Assembly: GCA_017390475.1 (NCBI GenBank)
Contig: JAFPBO010000055.1
Location: 4,133 to 68,132 of the forward strand
DNA length: 64,000 nucleotides
Direction: 5' to 3'
Source of the DNA: Loktanella sp.
Lineage (GTDB): Bacteria > Pseudomonadota > Alphaproteobacteria > Rhodobacterales > Rhodobacteraceae
Part shown: piece after piece, positions 40,233 through 47,873 of the stretch
How positions within the stretch are numbered: position 1 is the stretch's first letter
Layout of the letters: every line of letters starts with the position of its first letter
Translations under genes and position numbers: made by a program
The notes under the pieces: generated by a model
What the model was told of the DNA's origin: nothing
Seen by the model: the letters and a program-made list of their open reading frames with translations, nothing else
The model's database searches: none

Positions 40233-41494
40233 CTGAACCGTGCCAGGTTTTCATGGGCGCGGGTGAAATCCCCCGCAGCGATTGCAGCAACAATAGATAT
40301 TTCACCGCAAAGACACAGGGCTGCCGTTACCTCGGCCAGCGCACCACCTTTGCCCGGCCCTTTGAGGCCCAGAATGTTTAGTCCGGCACACTGGCTGGCA
40401 AGGCCAGTGCCACCGCCCACCGATCCGACAAGGATGTTGGGCATGGTCACGGAACAGAACAGATCGTCGCCGCGCGCCTCCATCCGGGTGAAACCTACGG
40501 CACTTTCGGCAACGCACGCCGCGTCCTGACCTGTGGCAATGTAAAGTGCGGCAAGCCCGTTGGCATAATGCGCCTGCGCGCCCATCTGTCCCGAAAGTTT
40601 GGCACCCAGATCGGCAATGCGCCCGTAGGCCAGCATGTCTTGCGCCGTTGTCCCAAGGGTGTTTGCGATGATCGCAGCGGGCAACACGACAGAAGCACTG
40701 ACCTTGCGCCCGCGCCCCGTCATCAGACCAAGGGCAGAGGCTTTTTTATCGCCGGAAAAGTTTCCCTCGATATACCAACGGTTGATCGGCACAGTGCAAT
40801 CTGCAGCGATCTTTTCGCATAATGCATGGGTCGCAATCGTGACCATATTCTGCCCCGCCGCGTCGCCGGTGGTATAGCGGCAGATCAGGAACACGACGTC
40901 ATTGTCGATGACCGGTTCAACCGAGGTCAGCTTGCCATATTGCGTGGTGCTTTCGGCGACTTTGCGTAAGTCACTGATATTGTTGGCGACCCATTCAACA
41001 AACAGGCCAGAGTTCAAGATATTGTCAAAGGTGAAAGCAGGCGTTCGGATTACGCCTTCGTATAAAACTGCGGTGCTGATGCCGCCTGCTTTGGTCGCGG
41101 CATATGCACCGCGCCCGTATGACGCCACCAGCGCCGCCTCGGTCGTAGCAAGGGGAATGTGGTAATCGCCAGCGGCATTTATGCCGTTCAGACGCAGTGG
41201 ACCAATGACGCCTACAGGGACTTTGACGGTTCCGATAAAGTTTTCGATGTTGCCAGAATAATCTGCGGCAGCGGCAAGGGTTGCAGGATCCGCAATCTGG
41301 TCGCGATCAGCAGCCGAGGCTGGCCCGATGAGTCGATCCCAATATCGCAACACACTTTGTTCAGAGGCAATGCGTACTGGACGCAACGTGCGAAAAGGTG
41401 CGTTACGGGCCGCCATCTGCAAACGCAATTTTTCTGGCGTGAATTTTTCACGCAGCCTCGTCAGCATCGCTTGCACATGTGCTGGAATGGTCAT
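40229..41494 (-). CDS. hydroxymethylglutaryl-CoA reductase (class I-like) homologue
   Basis: ENFIGTVKVPVGVIGPL, LATTEAALVASYGRGA, TGDAAGQNM, GNFSGDKKAS, VGSVGGGTGL and the C-terminal GDFTRAHENL correspond to the conserved HMGR blocks, including the catalytic Glu, Asp, Lys and His regions. Confidence 0.85.
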   Translation of the reverse strand: MTIPAHVQAMLTRLREKFTPEKLRLQMAARNAPFRTLRPVRIASEQSVLRYWDRLIGPASAADRDQIADPATLAAAADYSGNIENFIGTVKVPVGVIGPLRLNGINAAGDYHIPLATTEAALVASYGRGAYAATKAGGISTAVLYEGVIRTPAFTFDNILNSGLFVEWVANNISDLRKVAESTTQYGKLTSVEPVIDNDVVFLICRYTTGDAAGQNMVTIATHALCEKIAADCTVPINRWYIEGNFSGDKKASALGLMTGRGRKVSASVVLPAAIIANTLGTTAQDMLAYGRIADLGAKLSGQMGAQAHYANGLAALYIATGQDAACVAESAVGFTRMEARGDDLFCSVTMPNILVGSVGGGTGLASQCAGLNILGLKGPGKGGALAEVTAALCLCGEISIVAAIAAGDFTRAHENLARFR

Positions 41495-41496
41495 GG

Positions 41497-41769
41497 TTAT
41501 TTCCCCGCAGATTGGTGCAATGCCTTGCGGTTCATATACACCTGTTCGAGCGCATCACGCTTAGCTAGGATGGGACATGTTTCACCGAAAACCTTCATAC
41601 GGAACACGTCACCAAAGCGGTCGACCTGATCAAAATTGGTGCCGCAAGGGTCCAGCCCAAAACTGAGGGTTTTCCCAATGAACGGTATCGTGCGCGGCCC
41701 CGGGAGATGCCCAAGGTCTGGATGAGCAAACCGGGCCTCGGCTGCCGTCATGGTTTCTAGGACCGTCAC
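41497..41769 (-). CDS. 90-aa ORF resembling only the N-terminus of a cytochrome P450
   Basis: LPGPRTIPFIGKTLSFGLDP...FDQVDRFGDVFRMKVFGETCPILAKRDALEQVY fits the P450 Pro-rich hinge and first beta-sheet region. There is no I-helix or heme-Cys region. The stop lies 2 nt before the HMGR start. RBS aagga precedes GTG 41769. Confidence 0.4.
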   Translation of the reverse strand: MTVLETMTAAEARFAHPDLGHLPGPRTIPFIGKTLSFGLDPCGTNFDQVDRFGDVFRMKVFGETCPILAKRDALEQVYMNRKALHQSAGK

Positions 41770-42252
41770 AATAGTCGTTTCCTTGTTCGCTTTAGGCGAT
41801 ACCCAAAAATTGAACGGTGCTCAATGTCAGCGGGTCCGTACCTTTTGGGATCAACGGTAGTGGCGCGATGCTGCTCAGGCAAACAAAAGAACTTCATGCT
41901 GACCCGCCAGAACAATCAAAGTAAAGAGAATATCCGGATCAGATTGTTGCGTTACGCGGGGCTGCTTGGGATTATCGTTGTGAAAGGACTGCTGATATGT
42001 GCAGCAAACAGCCGTTTCGTTGACGAGTTCTTTGGCTTGGCCGCCGGAAAGCAACGCCCAATGGGCATCGGTTGGCTGAGAAGACCTATCCTGCAGCTGT
42101 TCAAGACGATCAGCTCTCATCAAAAGAGCATGAAGAGCGGAAACCAGCCTGAAGCCGCAGCCGCGTTTTTCGACAGTATCAGCCCATCATGAATCGTGCT
42201 TCAATCACTGTGAATGATCGCCTTTACCGCCTCGCAAGTGTTGGAAAAACCG

Positions 42253-43674
42253 TTACCCATCGATCAGCGATTCTGGGTTAGCCAGCAAGTGGTTCAAGTC
42301 TGACATGGCTTTTAGGAAGAGGACATCGGATGCGCATGTATTTATGGCCAGTCGCACTGCATTTGGGGCATTGCAATTCGGCAACGCAAATTCATCGGCG
42401 GGCTTGATCAGAATATCACGTTTTTCGCATGCCATGGCAAAGCCGGATGCACGCCATCCCTGCGGCATATTCAAATATACGAACGGCGCATCTTCTCGCC
42501 ATCGTAAATCCCAAGCCCCAAGAGCATTGACCGCCAGCCGCGCTCGCCTTGCGGTCTCTGCTATAACGCGATCACGAATTTCGAAGGCTGCGCCGCTCGT
42601 AATCAATTCGTGGCACAAATCTAGGATTGGCTGCGCCACCCCATAAAACGAGCTTTGCGCAACTTGCCGCAGTTCTTTCTCACGCCCAACGGGGGCAATG
42701 GCGTATCCAAACCGCAACGCCCCGCTGACTGACTTTGTCAGCGACGAAACAAGGTAGCTCTGGTCGGGCAGTATCGAGCGATAGCTGGGAATGTCGCTTG
42801 AGGCCGTGGTATGACAATCATCTTCGATGATTGTGATGTCCAATTGACGCGCGATTTGCGCTAACTCTTGTTTACGCGCGAGGCTGGTACGGATCGTCGT
42901 CGGGCTATGCACTTCGGCCGCGGTCAGCAGAATGCGACCACCGTGATCGCGGCAGGCCTGCCTGAAAAATTCCGGCAGAATACCTTCATCATCCATCGGC
43001 AGACCAACAGTTTGTGCGCGAAGCAAGCGTGCAGCATGACGCGTACCGGGGTAGCCCAGTTCCTCTGTCATGATGATTGGGTGCTGACCGCTCAGTTCGG
43101 CCTGTAGCGCCAGGATGCAGCAGTTTTGTGCCCCATTCCCCAAAACAATACTCTCAGGCTCAACCCCGCCTGACCGCGCTTGGTCCACCCAAGACGCGAC
43201 AGCAGCGCGTGCTTCGAAGTCAGTTTCCGCCGTCGGGTAGTTAATATGACGACGCCGGTGGCTTTCACCCTGCTTGATCAGGGCAGCGTCTATTATCTGA
43301 CCCTGCCCGACATCAGGCACACGGCTACTGCGAAAATCTGCAACCGCATCGACCGGCAAGTTCACCAAAGGGGTCACGCGCTCGGTTTTTGCCGCACGTC
43401 CCGCTGCAACGAAGGTGCCGCGACCCACCTCTGCCCGAAGACGCCCTTCTTCGGTCAGCAAGGTATAGGCCCGCGCGACAGTGCCCGGCGTTACCTTCAC
43501 GCGGAAGGCAAGATCACGCACGGGGGGTAGTTTCATTCCAGGTACAAGATGTCCTGCTGCGATGCCGTCACGAATGGCTTGAGCCAGCGCTTTGTACTTG
43601 GATTTCCCTGAAATCGGCAGGTGAGGTTGCCAAATTGTACTGGTCACAATCATTTTGTATCCCTCATATGCCAT
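42253..43674 (-). CDS. MocR-type regulator (GntR wHTH fused to a PLP aminotransferase-fold domain)
   Basis: The N-terminal wHTH KYKALAQAIRDGIAAGHLVPGMKLPPVRDLAFRVKVTPGTVARAYTLLTEEG is followed by an about 350-aa class I/II aminotransferase fold with SLTKSVSGALRFGY (PLP Lys). Confidence 0.85.
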   Translation of the reverse strand: MAYEGYKMIVTSTIWQPHLPISGKSKYKALAQAIRDGIAAGHLVPGMKLPPVRDLAFRVKVTPGTVARAYTLLTEEGRLRAEVGRGTFVAAGRAAKTERVTPLVNLPVDAVADFRSSRVPDVGQGQIIDAALIKQGESHRRRHINYPTAETDFEARAAVASWVDQARSGGVEPESIVLGNGAQNCCILALQAELSGQHPIIMTEELGYPGTRHAARLLRAQTVGLPMDDEGILPEFFRQACRDHGGRILLTAAEVHSPTTIRTSLARKQELAQIARQLDITIIEDDCHTTASSDIPSYRSILPDQSYLVSSLTKSVSGALRFGYAIAPVGREKELRQVAQSSFYGVAQPILDLCHELITSGAAFEIRDRVIAETARRARLAVNALGAWDLRWREDAPFVYLNMPQGWRASGFAMACEKRDILIKPADEFALPNCNAPNAVRLAINTCASDVLFLKAMSDLNHLLANPESLIDG

Positions 43675-43738
43675 CTATTGTATTCCTACATTGTGCTTTA
43701 TTCAATATTGTGTCAATACAATGCAAAGAGATACCTCC

Positions 43739-43966
43739 ATGTCACCATCGCTTCACGCAGCCCAGATTGCGCTTCTTAACGACCAGGCGCGCCTTCCGTC
43801 AGTGGCATATGTCTTGATCACCATGGCTGTCATGGTAACAAAATGGGATCGGTATCGGCGTACGCGTAAAGCTTTGAGTGGCCTCGAGCCGCATCTTTTG
43901 GAGGATGTCGGTCTCACCCGCGAAGCCGCATACAACGAAGCGAGAAAGCCTTTCTGGAAAGACTAA
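43739..43966 (+). CDS. DUF1127 small protein
   Basis: TKWDRYRRTRKALSGLEPHLLEDVGLTREAA matches the DUF1127 core (W..R.R.R..L..L.D..L.D.GL.R). Alternative ATG at 43721. Divergent from the MocR gene. Confidence 0.7.
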   Translation: MSPSLHAAQIALLNDQARLPSVAYVLITMAVMVTKWDRYRRTRKALSGLEPHLLEDVGLTREAAYNEARKPFWKD

Positions 43967-44124
43967 AGCGTCGTCTACCAGCTTTGGTGCCGTCAAAAAC
44001 TGGCGGGACCAAACGGGACGGCGCTTTAGCGGTCACATTGCAACAAATGCCAACGTCAGATTGGTCCGCTGGCTGCCGGTCCCGCTAGATTTGGCGTGGT
44101 GCGCCGCACCTGGACGCTGGTTAC

Positions 44125-46128
44125 CTAACCCGCCCGGCCCGCAGCCCAGCTTTTGCGCCCCATCGCAGCGATCCGCGCTATTTGTTCATCAGGCACCTGT
44201 ACCACCGTAGCAGGCGACGGCAGAACGTCATCGTGGAACAAATAAAGCCGGGCAGCGAATTCCTCAAACAAAAGCGAGCCTTCTCCAAAACGCTCGCCAG
44301 CACCGCTGGTCGAGACAATCACACCATGGCCCCAATCCTGCCCGCTGTCATTGTTCGGGTTGAAAAAGTAAACACGCGTATGGCCATCCTGGTCCAGCCC
44401 GGCCCGGATCAGCGTGATCGCATGCCAGCCGACAAAGGTGCCGGTGGCGTCAGTCACCGCGATCCCGGCGGGCTGCGGATGGATCACGGGTTGATTGCCA
44501 TTGTGCAGCGGATGATAGGACGCGTGGAAGGCGCGCAGGAAATCTTCGTACTCCTTCAGGGCACCGGTGGCCACATCGACCGCGATGTGAAAGGCGCGCC
44601 CGACCCACCAGCCGTGCAGTTCGGGGTTGATCCAGCGGTGCGGGTCTTCGGACCTGCCGATACAGCGGCGGCCCATCTCGGCATAGGCGCGATCAAGATG
44701 CGGCACCAACAGCACCGATACAGGATCGGCATCCAGCAACGCGGATGTCGCAAGGCCGGGCGGCAAAGTGGCCGTATCCAGCGGCTCACCTTCGAAATGC
44801 AGCACCAGCCGGTCACCACGTGTGATCTGCGCGATCAGCCAGAGGAGGTAATCAGGATCGTTCAGCGCCCACATCGACAGGGCACGTGCGGATTGGCAGG
44901 TTGGGTTATTGCCCTGACCTACACCCAAAGGCTGGCCTAACAACATCAGCACCCCGGCGACCAGATGTGTTTTTGCAGGCAGCAACGTGCCGCAAGACGC
45001 GCCCAAGGCGCTGGTGCAATCTTCGCTCAGCGGTGTTTCCAGCAATCGCCACAATGATGGCGCGATGGGTGGGGAGTAAAGGATGCCACGTTCCAGCATC
45101 AGCGCCAGACCGTAAACCGCCTGTGCGGTGCCGGGCTGGATAGCGGCATCGACCATGCCGTAGACGAGCGATTCATAACAGCGCAGCGCATCCAGACCGG
45201 TGGTGGATAAACCCAATGCATGGGGCAACATCCGCGCGTGATCAGCATCCAGCGTCCAGCGCAGAAATGCCGCATGATAATCCGACACGAGCCCGGTATC
45301 ATGCATGGCACGCGCAAGCGCATAGGCTTCATCCTGAATGGCCCGTTCATCCGCGCGCGACAGGCGGTTGATATAAACAGCAATGCCCGGATCATCCCGG
45401 CACAGGGTTGCCGGCCCAAAAAGGGCGCTGATCAACCTGTCTGCTCCAAGATGGGCATCGGCGGCATTCGTGCTACCACTCTGCAAGGCCTGTGCGATCT
45501 GCACAACCATTCCCTTCACATGATCAACCTGCAACGGGCGCTGCGCCATGATCCGCCAGACTTCATCGATCAGGTGATCCAGAATGCCATCTGGCCCCAG
45601 CTCCTGCATCAAATAGCGCATCAGTCGGTCAACCGCTGGTGTCAGCGGTCCCTGTGCATTGCGCTGTGCTTCATCCGCAGCCTGACCCAGAAGCCGATCC
45701 AGATTGAGAGCAAGAACCTGCGTCAGAAATTGTTTCGCCTGCTCAGCCAGCAGTCCGGGATTGGCGTGATCGCCGGTAGCAGCCACCAGAAAGCGCAGCA
45801 GACTCATCGCCTCCAGTGTGATCGTGGCAGGTGCGGCATGGGTCAACGTCTGTTTGACAAGACTTGGCTGCAGATTGGTGGGGCAGGCCCAGTCGCTGCC
45901 GGAAAATAGGCCAGCCTGATCCATCACGCCTATGCGCTGGCGCAATGCAGGCAAACCCTCCTCATGTTCCAGCACCCGGCGGGCCACTTCGAGCACGCGC
46001 AATGCGTGATCGGACTTACCGATCCGCGATGCACCATCCAAATGGATAATCTGCCGGTCCAGCCGGTCCAGAAGTGCTTGCAGGTTGGCTGTCGCGCTCT
46101 TTGACGTTGTTTTTTCGGCTTCGACCAC
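44125..46128 (-). CDS. hypothetical 667-aa protein with a C-terminal calpain/papain-like cysteine peptidase signature
   Basis: GQ(405)GNNPTC(411)QSARALSMW has Gln six residues before Cys. VGWH(569)AITLI and VYFFN(590)PNNDSGQDWG follow. The N-terminal about 380 aa are helical and unassigned. GTG start. Confidence 0.55.
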   Translation of the reverse strand: MVEAEKTTSKSATANLQALLDRLDRQIIHLDGASRIGKSDHALRVLEVARRVLEHEEGLPALRQRIGVMDQAGLFSGSDWACPTNLQPSLVKQTLTHAAPATITLEAMSLLRFLVAATGDHANPGLLAEQAKQFLTQVLALNLDRLLGQAADEAQRNAQGPLTPAVDRLMRYLMQELGPDGILDHLIDEVWRIMAQRPLQVDHVKGMVVQIAQALQSGSTNAADAHLGADRLISALFGPATLCRDDPGIAVYINRLSRADERAIQDEAYALARAMHDTGLVSDYHAAFLRWTLDADHARMLPHALGLSTTGLDALRCYESLVYGMVDAAIQPGTAQAVYGLALMLERGILYSPPIAPSLWRLLETPLSEDCTSALGASCGTLLPAKTHLVAGVLMLLGQPLGVGQGNNPTCQSARALSMWALNDPDYLLWLIAQITRGDRLVLHFEGEPLDTATLPPGLATSALLDADPVSVLLVPHLDRAYAEMGRRCIGRSEDPHRWINPELHGWWVGRAFHIAVDVATGALKEYEDFLRAFHASYHPLHNGNQPVIHPQPAGIAVTDATGTFVGWHAITLIRAGLDQDGHTRVYFFNPNNDSGQDWGHGVIVSTSGAGERFGEGSLLFEEFAARLYLFHDDVLPSPATVVQVPDEQIARIAAMGRKSWAAGRAG

Positions 46129-46270
46129 TTTGTCGCCTTTTTTGTCATGGCCGGAGCACGGTGAATGCAGCCAGCCGTTAGTGCAAGTACGCGACTGACC
46201 CCAAGGTGTCAGCGGCGAAGATATGCCACACCTCGGGGATCACGAGAACCACTGCCGTTCGGAATGCCGA

Positions 46271-47497
46271 TCAGATGTAGAAATCAAGCTCTTCCTGTGC
46301 TTTGAGTAGATCACGCATTTCAACCGCATCTTCGCCAAAGAAATAGACAAGGCCCCAATGCGTCCCGAACGCCGTCCGCTTGGTCACCTTTTGGGCATGC
46401 GGCGGATTAAGCTCGTGAAAGTCAAAATACGGATGGTTTTCAGTCTCTGCCGGGATCTCAAGATTGCTGACGACACGACGACGCGGATAGACGCCAAAGC
46501 AACCTGCATGACCTTTTGCATCCACGACTTCTGTCGGGAAGAATGCCTCAAGCTCTTCTTGCGTTGTCTTGGGATCGAAGACCATAATCATCGCCTGATA
46601 CGCGTTGAAACCATAGGCCCGTTCCAGTAGTTCAAAAACGTTGAATCCTGGCGGACGATAGGCAACTTCACCGAAATACATTGTGCCATCCGAGGTAACG
46701 AAATACTCGGGGTGAATGAACCCGAAATCAATTTCAAACACCTCGATCAGTTTTTCGATTTCCTGTGTGATGCGACCGCGCCATTTTTCCAGTTCAGGTG
46801 TGGCGGGGACGAAAACGGAATAACCCAACGTGACATATTCCGAAATATTCAAAAATTGAATTTTACCATCCTTGATCCATGCTTCAACGGCAAATTCCCA
46901 TCCATCCAGGTGGCTTTCCAAAAGCGCTGGAAATTCATCGTCCGAAATTGACGCAACATCATCGGCCGTGCGGATCACCCTGTGTCCAAGGCAGCCGGCC
47001 TTGTCAAAGGCTTTGAAATGGATCGGGTCATTGGGGTCACCATCCAGCTTCAGCAGCGTCTGGTTCACGCGCCGCAAAAAACGGGTCACATCGGCCTGAT
47101 CCATCGCCTCTTCAAAAATACCCACGCGAATGCCGCCCAGTTGTGCGCGGCGTTTCATCAGTGATTTATCGCGAAACAGCATAGATTGCCCGAGCAGACG
47201 GGCATTCTTCAACAGCACTGAATTCACAGCGCCGGCCCATTCGACAGTTTCTTCAAACAACGGAACTGCGACATCCACCCCCATCTTTTCGAGCGTGGTG
47301 GCCAGTTCCATCGACCGGTCGTTGATCCGTTCAAAGTCCCACGACACAAACGGGATATCATGCTCTACCGCATGGGCCTCTGCCCAGGCAGGAGCGACGA
47401 TCACATACCGCCGGTCAAATTTTTCCAGCGCATCAATGCAGCGCAGGCTCCAGCCAAATATGGCGATGTATCCTTTATCCAGATTTTTCTCGGTCAT
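46271..47497 (-). CDS. ATP-grasp fold ligase
   Basis: HFKAFDKAGCLGHRVI, LESHLDGWEFAVEAWIKDGKIQF and GFIHPEYFVTSDGTMYFGEVAYRPPG match the ATP-grasp central and C-domain pattern (E..N.RP.G-like). Strong RBS aaggagag before ATG 47497. Confidence 0.7.
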   Translation of the reverse strand: MTEKNLDKGYIAIFGWSLRCIDALEKFDRRYVIVAPAWAEAHAVEHDIPFVSWDFERINDRSMELATTLEKMGVDVAVPLFEETVEWAGAVNSVLLKNARLLGQSMLFRDKSLMKRRAQLGGIRVGIFEEAMDQADVTRFLRRVNQTLLKLDGDPNDPIHFKAFDKAGCLGHRVIRTADDVASISDDEFPALLESHLDGWEFAVEAWIKDGKIQFLNISEYVTLGYSVFVPATPELEKWRGRITQEIEKLIEVFEIDFGFIHPEYFVTSDGTMYFGEVAYRPPGFNVFELLERAYGFNAYQAMIMVFDPKTTQEELEAFFPTEVVDAKGHAGCFGVYPRRRVVSNLEIPAETENHPYFDFHELNPPHAQKVTKRTAFGTHWGLVYFFGEDAVEMRDLLKAQEELDFYI

Positions 47498-47873
47498 TAT
47501 CTCTCCTTATTTGCGTATCGGCCAACTGACTATATCTTTGGGCCAATAGTTTCAAGGAAAGTGGTTTTTTAACAGGTATTTTACAGCTAATCGTCTGTAA
47601 TTTATCCCTTATTCAGTTTCCTGAAAAATGTATGAATATCCGTCCATGTGTCATAGGGACGCAACGAAAGGCGGTATGTTATATCGGTCGGTAGCATCTC
47701 GCTGACGCTCTTTCGACGCCATGCATATCACCGCGGCTTTTTCCAAGTTCAGGATAGCTATGCGTCACAGAATGAGGCAGAGGCGGGTCAGATTCACAGC
47801 GATGCCTACTTAAAAATCGCATAACGAAAGGTTCTGCATTTCGTGTTTTTTGGCGGTTGGGGTGCGGCGACTT

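Noticed and set aside
40229-41494. Reading the HMGR gene as evidence for a mevalonate pathway
   Set aside because: No other mevalonate-pathway gene is in the window, and the gene is translationally coupled to unrelated enzymes. It is treated instead as a pathway-specific reductase, pending a whole-genome check.
41824-42192. 122-aa plus and 82-aa minus ORFs in the gap between the MocR gene and the operon
   Set aside because: No motifs and no RBS. The region is more likely a promoter or leader for the operon. A superficial I-helix-like string (LAGQHE) is in the wrong order relative to the P450-like fragment.
44182-45909. 252-aa and 229-aa plus-strand ORFs
   Set aside because: They are antisense to the 667-aa calpain-like gene. 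Low-complexity Arg/Gly-rich translations.
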